From NCBI GenBank assembly GCA_036172245.1, contig JAYWIR010000019.1, positions 1,116,001 through 1,180,000 on the forward strand: a stretch of DNA of 64,000 bases, given 5' to 3'. Numbering within the stretch: position 1 is the first letter of the stretch; each line of letters begins with the position of its first letter. Under the pieces are notes generated by a model. The model searched no databases, was not told the origin of the DNA, and worked only from the letters and a program-made list of their open reading frames with translations. This DNA comes from Raillietiella orientalis (Eukaryota). The translations under genes and the position numbers were made by a program. Positions 14,200 to 26,357 of this stretch are shown here, one piece after another.

Positions 14200-15144
14200 A
14201 CCGCAGACATGATTGTATGTCCATGGAATACCTGAACAAGAAGGGAGTATAAAAAAGGTTAGGATTGGGAATTCCAAGTTTGCATGTGTTGTTTCGTAGG
14301 TGTGCTTTGCTTCCATTTCTGTTGACTTGTTGTGGAGACAGTTTGTTCCCACCTAGATTTGTGTTGCACAGGTTCGGAAAAACTGGATTCGGCTTCCGAT
14401 TTGTTTTTGTTAATTTGATTCTTGTGTTTACTTCTGTTGCTCAGAAGTTTTGTCAGCAACCTAATTTGACATGTTGCAAGCATTTCAACCTTTCCAGCAA
14501 TCCAGGTCCATGAAGACTAGTTGAGATGTTACAAGTTCCAATGGGAATACTTTGCAACTCATTTGGATTAAATGTTCGAAGAGTTCGAATTCGTTTTTGT
14601 TGATTGTCTTTATTTTTGGAAGGAAAAATCTGATGTAGATGTACCATAATCATTGTGGAGCAAGCAGAAAGGATCCCAACATTGCTACCCATTGACTGAT
14701 AGCTCCTGATGTGCAGTCATGTTATTTGCTATAGTAAAGGAAACTAACCAGATTGGTGATGAAATTAGATGTTGAATGATGTTAGGTGCGGTAGCATTCA
14801 TGTTGGCTACAACATAAGTCACGTTATCACACCTGTGAAATTTGCCAGTGATGCACTCTCCTCTTGCTGCCAAGAACAAATGGGGATAAAGATTTGGTGT
14901 TGCTGTTGTGGCATTAACAACACCAAGCGTTAGATTCGTGCCAATAATGTTTTCAGGAATAGACATTGTAAAATGAATGTTTGTCTGACTGGCACTATCA
15001 TTGGGACTTCGCCATGGTCTTGGTCGAATTGTAGTATCATTATTACGTCCTGGAGAACCAAGTGAAGATTCCATCATTCAAAATGGCGACAAGGGTGTAG
15101 AGAAATCAGTTGATGTGAACAGTATAGGATCTGTTGGTGTAGGT
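14200..15144 (-). pseudogene. Decayed ORF for an N-glycosylation-rich (secreted or envelope-like) protein, truncated by the hAT end
   Basis: ORF 15077-14685 has 7 N-X-S/T sequons in 130 aa. The frame extends upstream across a TGA to the hAT TIR and downstream via a frameshift (14692-14453). No family recognised. Confidence 0.3.
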
Positions 15145-15764
15145 CATAGGTTCTCAAACTTATGTGGTCCACCTCCTCGTTTTCAAATAAAAGATTACTC
15201 AGCAATCCCCTGAAATCGTACCTTTCTGCAGTGAACAAACAGAAAGATGCAGTGACAGATTTGCGTTATTTTATGAATCTATAACGTCCTACAACATAGT
15301 AAGAAAAGTGGTTGCAAATAAAACATGATGAAGCTTAAATTATTTCTTGAAATGGACGATAGTAACATTCGCATGACACACAGAAAATTACGATAACGAA
15401 TGATATTAAAATATCAATCACGAATAACATTAAAACTAACTAATAAAATAAGAAGAATGGTCTGGTGCTCTGCTGTTAATTTGTTATAGTATTCTGCTCT
15501 ATATTTGTCAGCTCCATTCCTAATCATCGCGATTCGTTATTTGCAGTCGGTTTCTTTTTCTGATCAACAGATTTGTGACCGCGCTGAATCCATGTTTCAC
15601 TAAATATAAGGAAGGGAATGCTATTACAAACACTTGTACTGTGGCATATAAACCAGAATAAAGTGTGTGCATCTGGTTTTGCAGCCAGGACTGTTGGTAG
15701 CCATCCTTGAATGTAGATTTCAATTCATCATTTGTTCTCCTAATTTTGGGGATTATTCTGTATT
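15145..15764 (-). mobile_element. hAT (Buster/Charlie, SCAND3/ZBED-like) transposon, 3' part with terminal inverted repeat
   Basis: C-terminal dimerisation domain ELKSTFKDGYQQSWLQ...IAFPSLYLVKHGFSAVTNLLIRKRNRLQIT. TIR-like CATAGGTTCTCAAACT starts at 15145 and is flanked by GTGTAGGT (NNNTANNN-type 8-mer). Confidence 0.8.
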
Positions 15765-18700
15765 TTTATTGTATCCATGATAAAAGTTGAGACTGTATAG
15801 CAGGGGAGATGCTCTTACAGCTCAAGGGGTACATCGAGTGAGAGTATACAAGTGACCAGCGTAGCGCTGATCTTTCTGTACATCAGACGTCATATGTCTG
15901 AGGATCGCGGCCACGTAATCAGGGCAAATATTTGCCTTTATTTTTTACGTGGCTGAGATTTACAAATGATATGGGTCTTAAGATCGTAAGTTATTGGTTT
16001 AAAGACATATGGCCGGAATTTCATCCATTTGCGGAGACCCCATCCTATGCCTTTATTTCTCGCACGGACCAAGAGAACATGGCACAAGGATAGGTAAAAG
16101 AGTTTTCTTGATCATTCTCAAGTTCAAGGGTTGGGTTAGAGGTAAACAGCTGCCTCTACAGCTGGATCAGGTCTTGAAAGGCAGTACGGCACCACGGGAC
16201 GGTCGGTTTTACGCTGGTCTTGTCCGTTTTGGATGAGACGTGGTCAGCATAGATATTCCTGGCTGCACGGATTACAGAGCACACGAACTTAGGGCGAATT
16301 GCCTTTATTTCGTGGCTGCTCAGGCCCATGCAGCTCAGGACCGAGTCGTTTTTGGGGTGCCAGCTACCTAATGATCCAATCACGAAGGCTTCAACCTTAA
16401 CGTTGTAGCCCTGTCTCTCATATCTCTTGCGGAGGTCAGCATACTTGGCAATTTTGTTTTTTCTTGCTGCATCCATTGCTTCCTTCCGATTCTCGAAGGG
16501 GATGCACACATCCACGATGATCAAGCGTTGTCCATTGGATGCGACGATGTCGGGCCGCAGATTGCTATCGATGGATGCGTCTGCTCTATCGACCGAAAAG
16601 TGGTCCCATTTCGGTCGAGCAGAACGCTCTAGCATGGCTAAGATGGTGTTATGCCTAGCCGTAATTGTAGTTCCCAGATGTTTGGTACAGTGACAAAGCA
16701 CATGGGACAAGGTTTCCTTTGGGTACGAGCAATATCTGCAGGCCTCGTGGAAGCCTGGCCGCTTTCGATTCCCGTTCAGAAACATCTGGTTAAGGCGGGC
16801 CCTGTGGATAAATTTCCAGTCGCAATGTCGAATTAGTTCGGGCCTGTCCAAAAAGGCCATAGAGGCTGGATGAAGGGCTACGCAATCCATAATGCGGCCC
16901 TGGTCCGGTTTACTTCTCAGCTCATTACTTCTTTGGAGCCTTTTCAGGCCTCGAATAGATCTAGCTATTATCTTCCGGTCATTCTCCCGGAGAGTCCTGT
17001 TAGAAAGTTGGATGGATACTTTGCTTGCTCGTAAAGACCACTGTAGGTTAAGCCTCTTCGAGGCTTCACGAGCTCTGGACCAATAGTCGGTGGGGTCTCC
17101 CGACTGTCGATGAAAGGGAAGATCAATGCTTCCGCTAATGTAATCGGAGATTAAGGTGTCAGACGGTTGTTGTCGCACCTTCCTCCGGACAGTTTCATTC
17201 AGAGAGGCCCAGGCCATCTCTCTTATGGTTAGGTCAGGGCATGTCAGTATCTTAAACGCTGAGTCAATGGCCATAATATCGGCCTCTTCAGCGAGGATCA
17301 TCAACCCTAGACCTCCATATCTCTGGGACCCGTAGAGATACTCTGTGGAAGAGGCTCGGGTCAACGGGAGAATATCCTCCTTCAGAGTTTTCTTAATTAC
17401 TTCATCCAGATCGCTCCAAAAGCCCCTGGGCTTAGAGCCCATTCGCATGGGGTGGACGAAGGATGGAAAAATAAATGTTTTTAATGCATCAAGCGTTTGC
17501 CACGGAGCTAGTGGTGCCTCCAGAATTTTGGCAACGCTAGATCGGATGTCGGCTTCAAGCGCATCACTGTGAATGGCATCGAACCCGACCGGCTTCCCCA
17601 GGTAGCTGTAGGTGCCAACGTCCGTGAGGGCGGGCAAGAGCTCACCGGCCACTCGGAATCGTTAGCGTCCAACAGTCCTTGGGGTGCTCGGATCGTACTG
17701 AAACGATGCACATTTCTTGGCATTAATTGACAAACCAAGTCGAAATGCCATTGCGCTAGCACAATCAAGTGCTTTTTGAAGCTCAGCCGCATCCTTTGCT
17801 AGGATGACTAAGTCATCTGCATAGGCTAAAAGATTAGCTTTAGGCACTTGGCTCTTGATGCATACGCAAAGAGGCTCTAAAGTAATATTAAATAACAAGC
17901 CCGATAAAGGGCAACCTTGCTTGACCCCCCTTTCAAGGGGGATGGGCGCTGATAGCCCTTCTTGGGTAACAATCCGGGTGGTGTTCCCAGAATACATCTG
18001 GCAGACAAGCTCTGCAAACTTCTCGCCAGCATTTGCGCTGTGGAGAGTGCTTAGCAGCTGCGAATGGGGGACCGTTGCAAAAGCATCTTTAAAGTCCAAC
18101 CAAACAATATTTATGAACTGATGGTGGCGTTTACAGTATTCCATCTGGTGTCTGAGCATAAAATTGTGCTCCAGAACACCGTCATATGGAAGAAAGCCCT
18201 TCTGGTGCGGGCCAGGAATCCTGTTTGCCGAGATCCAGTCGCGGAGTCTTCTGGCGAGGCATTTTGCGAAAATTTTGCCAATAGTCCGGCTAATGGCTAT
18301 CGGTCGAAAATGTGCGGGATCTTCGCTTCTTACTGTAGAATTTTTTGGAATTAGTGTCGTCCTCGATTCCTTCCACTCGTGGGGGATACGGCGGTGCGCC
18401 AAACAGATGTTAAATATCGCCTTTAGAAACCGACACTCAGGGTCGAGTTTCTGAAAGGCAGAGTAGGGGATACCATCCGACCCGGGCGCCGTGTCCTCAC
18501 ACTGTCGGAGACAATTGGCGATTTCCAGGGCATCAAAAGGGGACATATCCACTTGCGCTTCCGTTGATCCTTCCACAGGGTCCCACGCCACGGGGCGAAA
18601 GTCAGGACGAGCCTTAAACAGCTCTTTAAAATATAGTTCAACACGCTCAGGGGATGCCTGGCATTGCACTTGGTCGCCATCCAAGATATGCCTGATCACT

Positions 18701-21700
18701 CTTCGGCGATTGCTACCATACATCCTCTGCACCGACTTGACAGACAGACTTAGTTGCCGGTGTTCTTGGGTTGGGGGGATGAAAGGGCGCAGTTTGAGGA
18801 TGTTTCTGATCGCGTCATAAGCGTCATTCAGCTCCTTCATTGCTAACCCCCAACGCTCCATGGAAGTTTTCCGTGATTCCAGATCTTCAAGGAATCGTGT
18901 TATTTCCTCAAGCGAGCTTGTGAAGTTTTTTCTTGTTTCCCTCTCGTCTCTTCGATTCGAAGCTCCCGAGCAGTCATCAACTAACGCGTTCGGGGGCTCA
19001 TATTCACGCGAGCTTTCTCGCTCTCCACTATGGATGGCATAATCGTGGGAGCTAAGAGCGAAGGGAGGGCTCTTTCCCGGCGGGTCGCCCTTACGCCTCA
19101 TCCTCTGCCTTAAGTCGAAGGAGCCATCACTACGATGGCGACGTAATAGGGCCGTACGCCGCACGCTCGCGTGGGCGGGAGTTATCACCGGCATTACTTC
19201 CTTCCCGGAGACCTTGTTGGCACCCCTTCTAGCTTCACCTTCCGTTCTTTGGTATGGAGCCCTCACGCATATGCTAGCTAATGCGTGTACGGGCCCACTG
19301 CCAGGGAAGTTCTTTTGTTCACCCTCACGATGGGTATCGGGGAAGGAGTTGAGGGAGCCAGAAGGGCTATCCCCCGACGAGCTAACCTCGCGTGTTATCT
19401 TTTGCCTTAAATCAAAGGGGCCGTCACTACGATGGCGACGTGGTGGGGCCACACGACACGCGCTCGCGGGGGCGGGAAATGCCGTCAATTCATTTCTTTC
19501 ACGCGACTTCTTTGCGTGCTTTCTACCTTCATCCTCAGCTTCTTGGAATGGTGTCTTCGCGCATACGCTGTTTAACGCGCATGAGGGCCCATCTCCGCGG
19601 GAGTTTTCATGTTCTCCCACATAAAGGGCATCATAACGAGAGCTGAGGGCGAGGGGAGGATTCCTTCTTAGGGGACAATCTTCATGTACTATCCTCCGAT
19701 TGTAGTTATTGATATTATCACTGCGGTTGCGCCGTGAAAAGACCGTGCGCCACTCGCTCGTGTGGTCAGGACTTACTGAAAGGACCGCTTCTCTTACACG
19801 CGGTCCGGTGGAGCTCGGCTGCTGATCAGGTCGAGGTACGTTCTCAGCTGTTTGTTGGCCCTGAAGACCACGCGTGTATCTTCTTTCGGCGGTCCTATTA
19901 ATGGCGTCGTGCCAACGGGCGTGGTTCGCCAATGCTTTCTTGTTAAAGAAGGTCTGCCCACAGTTCCGTTCTGGGCATGGAAGCGGGGCAGGCGGCGCAG
20001 TTGGGATGATCCTCAGAGCACATCGGTGGCGCCAGACTGGGTTAGGAATAGGGACATCACATTTCCTGCATACTAAACGCGCATCTTGCACGGGTATCCA
20101 GTGCGATGTCCTAATGTGGCGCTTCAGGGAACCGACTGTGCTCTTAGTTTGGTGCGTCGAGGTGCTCCATCTGCACCTTGGTAGAGGGCAGGCTAAACAG
20201 CTGGGCGTAGGATAATACACAAGGAGCACTTCGTCTTGTGTCAGCGTAGAATCTACGCGATCAGGTATTCGCGGCGCCAAAGGTGCGGGATCGAGTATTA
20301 TCGGCCGAACGCGACCTTCTCGCTGCGGTTCTACTTGCTTAGAGAATGCAATTACTATGGGCTCCTCGAACGGGAGTCTTTTTCTGCCACTGTTGGCTCC
20401 TGCTTTCTCCTGGTGGAGATTTTTCTGGCGCGGCCCCTTTCTCTTCGCAACTCCCACCTCCACTGAGCGAATATATGCCGGGTGGACGGGGGGGGGGGCG
20501 AGGGGAGAGAACGGGGGACGACCACTGCAATAGTTTCCACAGGGGAGAGCTGCTCTAGTATGTCTAATCCAATTTGCGACGGTGACGCAACAGTAAGGGT
20601 GGAGTGGCAGGAGCCACATGGAGAACGAACTTCCACTTTATCCACAATGGGGGGGCTTGCGCCACACTGCGCAAATTCTTCAAGCTCCGGACTCAGCTTG
20701 TGGTGGTCGAGTGCGCTTTCCACAGGCCGTGGTGGCGCGTCTGGTATATCCATGGTGGTGACAGCACATGGTCTTACCGATATCGGCGATAGTACAGCTG
20801 TCAAGTTGGGCACATCAGGCGTAACCAAAACTTCCTCATCTAACAGAGAGCCAGCTTGTGCCGAGGTATCTTCCAATGGTGGGGCACTTGTGGAACTACC
20901 AGCTCGCACGGGAGTCGACGCGGAACTGGCAGCCGCGCTGGAGTGGTCGTCCTCATCATCCCATGAGTCCGGAAGTTCAACACATGGCCCGCAGTCTTCA
21001 CGCGCCTCATTTGCGGCGCCTTTGGCATAATTCATCTTCAGGTGTTTCCATTTAAAGTGTGACTTCCGCAAAGAGGGGCGTGCAAACGACGCACAACACT
21101 GGGGGCACTGATATCTTAGGCTTAACAGTGCCGCGGGCAAATCCTGGGTAGGGTCGCAGCAGACATGACCGTCCAGCGCGTGGCTAGACGTCTCGTGTCT
21201 GTGGCAAGTGGCACAGAAGAAATATACCGCTGATATATTTAATCCATGTATGCGATTTAAATGCACTTTGATGTTTCGGACGCGATTACTAACGTCCGTG
21301 GCCGTTGTGTCAAAGACACACTCAACTAATGGGCACGGGATAGGGGGGTTGGTGGCATGCGTTAGCCACAGTTCCCTGTCTAAGGAGACAAAGCTCAGTG
21401 AAGGTGGCATACTTAGCCACACTACTTCCACAATGCTTTTACACTAGGGAGTGTGGAACATTTTTCCAAATGTTCCTGGGAGTTCGAGTTTCTAAACTGG
21501 GACGTGATACCTTATTAATGCGGGTGGTCTATCAACCACATCAGCCATTTCAACCACACTAGGTCACTCTTGGCTATGGTGGCGAGGAATATTCCCGCAG
21601 GGGGTCACGTTCCTTAGCTGACAAACCGGAAATCTGTGTCGCTGGCGGAGGTTCGTGTCGCTAGCGCAAATCCGGGATACTTGCGGAAATCCGTATCCGG

Positions 21701-21776
21701 TACTTCACACAGTATAAAAAGCTTCGACGCGGAGCAGAGTTTCGTTCATGCTCCGCGAGCTCGAGTAGCATGAACC
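15765..21776 (-). mobile_element. Near full-length RLE-type non-LTR retrotransposon (NeSL/Utopia-like, R2 superfamily), 6012 bp
   Basis: Removing 15765-21776 rejoins the hAT transposase in frame (PDWVLDSFLSF|NTE*SPKL). The element ends exactly in AATAAA, has no TSD, and encodes zinc fingers, RT and RLE. Confidence 0.88.
16156..21431 (-). pseudogene. Single polyprotein ORF: zinc fingers, RT, CCHC and restriction-like endonuclease; one frameshift (poly-G ~20490) and one in-frame TAA (17662-17664)
   Basis: RT motifs QKGFLPYDGVLEHNF, WLDFKDAFATVPH, GVKQGCPLSGLLFN and LAYADD. CCHC knuckle CRYCSYPKETLSHVLCHC. RLE motifs RHN, LRPDIV, IIVDVCIPFE and KIAKY. The true start codon is uncertain. Confidence 0.88.
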
Positions 21777-22652
21777 AAAAGATAGAAAGGAATCCAAAAC
21801 CCAATCAGGTATGCTGACATTAAGAATATCCTCAAGTCGTTGATGTAAGTCGATGAAGAGCCACTAAGTGCAATACGTAAGCAAGCCATCGTGTTTTTAT
21901 AATGTTGATAAATTTGGAAACTGAATTCCCCACGTCCTAAGTTTCGTTTGTACAGAAGTTTTGCCACAAATGTGGAGATATTTTTTGTTTTGATCAAGTT
22001 CAACTCTTCGCCCTGGCTCTGTAGATTTGTTTCATTAAATTTATCGAACAAGTCTATCAAATAAACTATGCCATTTTTGGATTCAATCGAGTTGGCTCGT
22101 AAAGCGTTATCATGGTTTTCGAGGAACTCTAGCACAGATTCAAGGAATTTATAAAAACCATTCAAACAGGCACCTTTTAATAGCCAACGAACTTATGCAT
22201 GGATCAGCAAGAGATTGAAGTCTTCCTCGTTTTCAATACAAAGCTGTCGAAACATTCTGTCATTGAATGAATTACTTCCGATTTTGTTGATTGCTTTAAA
22301 GACAATATGATCATCTATCTAGGTAATCACTACATTTTTGGCAATTAAATGTTGACGATGAATGACAGTGTATAGCGAATACATTTGGTAACTCTTTTTT
22401 CAAATATGCAGGAACCCTGTAGCGCTCTGTCGTCTCTGGAGCCCCATCAGTGGCATCTGACAAGATATTACTCAGGGGGATTTGTTTTTCTTTAAAAAAT
22501 CCTTTCAGTGTATGATATAGCGATTCTCTTTCAGTATCAGTTTAGCAATTTTTAGCAAATAATTCTTGGCAATTTTTTTCTTATTTTATCAATCGCATGC
22601 ATGCTAAAAGTAAGGCTTCATTTCCTGGCAAAGTGGACTCAAGCTGTATGGA
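21777..22652 (-). mobile_element. hAT transposase pseudogene, central part (same element as 15145-15764)
   Basis: Decayed SIQL(D)ESTLPGNEALL, TDGAP, (H)xVIHRQHLIAKN and VRWLLKGACLNGFY...LIDLFDKFNETNLQSQG motifs with stops and frameshifts. The 5' part is lost at the Tx1 cluster boundary. Confidence 0.85.
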
Positions 22653-24812
22653 TTGAAACCCGGTTCGCCGGGACGTTTATTTTTTCAAATAAACTTATAT
22701 AATGTGTGACTGGACCAGTAGTCCAGCCACGCCCTGGAAACATTCAGCCTGCCAGGCTACCGGTGCGCAGACCGGCGCGGTCGACTTCGGCAGCAGAGGG
22801 GAGGGGGAACGAAACAAAAAGAAAACAAAAAAAAAAAAAATAAACAAAAATCAGGGAGGGAGCGGGAAGGGATCACAGTCTGCTGGGAGGGTCCGTCATC
22901 ATCTGGAGGATGCCGGCAAGCTGCTTCTGCGTGTGTGGTTCCAGATGGGGCCATCGCGTCGCCATCCTGAGGAAACGGGCGGCATACACGTTGGCATCCC
23001 TGTCGCTGGATCCTCCCGTCGCTTTGCTCCATGCCACGACGATCCCTCGTAGGCAGCACAGGGCTGCAAGCGAGGCCGCTGGAGGCAGGGCGTCACGGAC
23101 GAAGAGGGGGCGCAAAGCGTCTCTGGGGTTGCCTCCGGGGATCCCCAGGGCTGTGGCAAAGCGTTCATACAAGGGACGGAGGGCAACACAATCCACTAAC
23201 AGGTGGGGGAGGTATTCCCTCTCCCCGCACCTGACACAATTGGGGTTGACACCCCCCCGCGTCCAGTGGTGTCGGCGGGCGTTGCAGGGGAGGCCCCAAT
23301 GCAACACCAGGAGTGCCGACTGTTGCCAATTCATGGGGAGGGTGCGCGAGTCCATGAGCACCGAGGGCCACTCCAGATGTTCCTCCGGAACATCCAGTAG
23401 CTCGCCCCAGCGCAAGAGTCCACTTGGGGTGGTCCTCGGGGTCGCAGCGTTGGTGAGCTGACCCGTTCTCCAATCCCCGACCTTCTTTGCCCTGCTGGCG
23501 ATCTTGACAGTAACCTCCCATTGTGCCGCGACGTCGCTGCCCAGATGTTCCCGTAGGGTAGGCAGTACCGCAGCAAGGGAGGTTCTTTGAGCCCACGCTC
23601 TCCTTCGGGGATCCTCGAAGATTTCTCGGAGCGTGCGGTAGGCGTGCGGCCCGAACAGAGCTATTCGCTCGTGTTGCGGGCTCTGCTCCTGAGTCATCGC
23701 CCACGTGCGGACGGTTTCCTGCAACCAGGCAGGACCGTTCGCGGGGCGTACGAGGATCCGCGCCGAGTTGTTCTTCACGAGCTTGGCCGCCCTCCGAAGT
23801 TGAAGTCCGCAGTGGCAGATGGGGCTTCGGAGTGCAAAGTAGGACGAGAGTCCCGCATTGCACGTGGCCCGCTCGACGAGGAGACGTGCAGGGAGGCACC
23901 ATGGGGTGCACCAATTTTCTGCCATAAAGCCGACAACTCGGAACTGGAGCTGTAGCTCCAGCCGCTCCAACGTCAGGAGGCCCAGACCATCCCGACGAGG
24001 AGCGCACAAGTCCGAAAGACGGACTCGGGGCCTCCCTCTGCCCCAAAGGGCGATCCTCAGGAGGTCCTTCGTCCTCTTCTTTGACTCCGCTGAGGGGGGG
24101 CAAACAAAAAGCAAGGGGCGAAGGAGAGGGGCCGCAAACGCGTTCCACGCTGCGGCCCGTTCATGCAGGAAGAACCTGCCGTTCTGGAACGGGCCGATCG
24201 CCGCCTGAGCCTTCTGAAGGCAGACGGACCACGCTTCCGCAGGGGAGTAATCCCCAACGGCACACCAAGGTACTTGATGCACCTCACCGTGGGGATCCCC
24301 AAACGGACCCAGTCCTTCTGCCCTGCCCACGCCGCTCCGACTGGCATTACGGACGACTTCGCCCTGTTCACCGTCAGTCCTGTTTCCCGACTCAGCAGGT
24401 TGAAGAAGTTCTCGACCGCCGAGGCCGGGGTGGACATAGGCAGCAGCAGCAGAAGGTCGTCCGCATACGCCGAAACCGCAGGCGTACCGGGACAATCGCA
24501 CGGCAGGTGCGCCAGAGTCTCCCTGTACGCTCTCAGCACCAATTCGAAATAGGCGCTGAAGAGCAAGGGGCTGAGGCTGTCTCCCTGCCGTATGCCGCTT
24601 CGCACCGGTACGCCGTACACGGTGGATCCACTGAAAAAGACATTAATAAGCGCGTCGCGCCAGCTGGAGCGCAGGTAGGCCAGCAAAGAGGCCGGGAAGC
24701 CCAAGCGTTCCAGAAGCTCCAAAAGGAGATTCTGGTCGACGCAATCGAATGCTTTATGCAAATCGACTGCGATCGCGAGGGCCCCTCTCCCCTCCCGACC
24801 ATCCCGTCCCCC
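22653..24812 (-). mobile_element. L1/Tx1-clade LINE fragment A: RT C-half, C-terminal zinc finger, 3'UTR and hairpin end (possibly the 3' half of element X)
   Basis: AIAVDLHKAFDCVD, GIRQGDSLSPLLF, AYADD, YLGVPL, HWGLPCN and CVRCGEREYLPHLLVDC; frameshift near 24250; stop at 22873; terminal ATAAACGTCCCGGCGAACCGGGT. Confidence 0.9.
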
Positions 24813-26357
24813 ACCGACGGACGCACCGGAATTCCGGTTGCTTATTATGCTCCTTAGTAGGGCAGTGCAGGATTTCCCTGTACGAGAGGAGGATGTTGAC
24901 GGCCTCTCCGTACTCAGCGGGGGGCAGCGCGTGGAGGTCGTCTGCAAAGACGTAGCCTTAGCACAGCGCCTCATTAACATCCCGCTGAATGTGGATGGCC
25001 GGAAGATCCTGCCGGTTAGCATGGACCGCTCCGTAGTGGTCCATCTAACCGGCATTACGAACCGCATAACGCGATCTGCGGTGAGTAATGAATTAAGCAA
25101 ATACAGTGAGATACACGCGTTGTGGCCAAAGCCTACTATTTTCGAAGGCTTTAATAGCCATTTCGGAGGCCAGGCTGCAGCGCGTGTAACGGTTAATGAG
25201 GGCAGTGGCTTGCCCCAGAAACTAGAGGTCGCAAAGGAATCCGTCGACCTCTGGTACGTGGGGAAACCCCGCTATTGTGGCTACTGCGATGCAGTAGGGC
25301 ACTTGCGCAAGCGGTGCCCGAATATCGAGTGCGACTTGTGCGGGGTCAAGGGGCACGTTCGTCGTGTGTGCCCCAAACGTCCCACCCCGGTGCCACCTGC
25401 TGCCAAAAAGGCACAGTCTAAAAAAGGAAAAAAGGTCGAAAGACCTTATCGCGAAACTGGCCGGCCCCAGCCACCATCTCCTGTTCCTCCCACCCAGGCG
25501 TCGGAGGAAAAACCCGCTGAAGACGAGGGAGAGGAAGAAGGATGGAAGCTGGTAAAGGCCAGAAAAGAGAAAAAAGTTCCCCCCGTGGAACCCGCGAGAG
25601 CGAAGAGAGAAAAGAGCGCGAAACCGAATAAACCCGGTCCGCGCTCGAAAACTCTTTGCGAGTGCACGGTGGCACTCGAACGGATTGCCGTCCCCGAGGC
25701 TGCCACCCGGGGCGACGAGCCTCCCCTCGCCGTTTCCGCCGCGCCCGAGGTTCGCGACGACGAACCCTCTGTTTGCACAGAGGGTGAGCCGCGCGAAGCG
25801 CGCGCCGAAAGCGAGGACGCCGCGTTCGCGCAGGCGGCGGAGGAACTCGCGGCCACGCTGGCCGAGCGTGAGAACCCCTCACGCAAGGCCGTGCGAAGGC
25901 CGGCTCCGCCGAAGAAGGCCCCCGCAGGTGAGTGCGACCTGGGGGCCGGAAGTGCATCCTCCTCGTCGGAGGCACCCCCCGGAAGACGGGACGCAAGTCC
26001 CAAAAGCCGAGGAGGCGCCTCCCCTCCACGAGCGAGGAGGAGAAGCAGGAAGCCGACGGCAGCGTGGGAATCCCGGAGGGGGAAATCCCACACGCGGAAG
26101 TCGTCGAGCAGGCCACCTTCATGGAGGAGGGTGAGCAGGGGGGCGAAGTCCTCCTTGCCGGCGCGGACCCTGTACAGCCCACCCCTATGGAGGAGGGCCA
26201 AAAGGTAGGCGCGACCCCACCGGAGGATGACCCGCCCGACGCGCCGTCACCGATGGAGCAGGGGGACCGGGTGCTCGAGGCACCTGTCCATCCTGCTCCA
26301 CCTAGCGTCCCGCCCCAAGAGGTGGCGGACGCCGCAGAGCCGATTTCCCAGGAATAA
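24813..26357 (+). pseudogene. LINE B ORF1 (gag-like, zinc knuckles), N-truncated, frameshift in the C-run at ~25980
   Basis: CGYCDAVGHLRKRC and CDLCGVKGHVRRVC. Comparison with Y ORF1 shows the protein continues in ORF 25932-26357. Confidence 0.85.

Noticed and set aside
21560..21720. HDV-like ribozyme in the RLE element 5'UTR (TTCCTCGC resembles L3)
   Set aside because: I could not build the flanking P3 and P1 pairings by eye.
22653..22680. Terminal GC hairpins as Helitron 3' ends or bacterial terminators
   Set aside because: There is no CTRR terminus or U-tract after the stem and no Rep/helicase; where upstream sequence survives, the hairpins follow LINE ORF2 or 3'UTR sequence.
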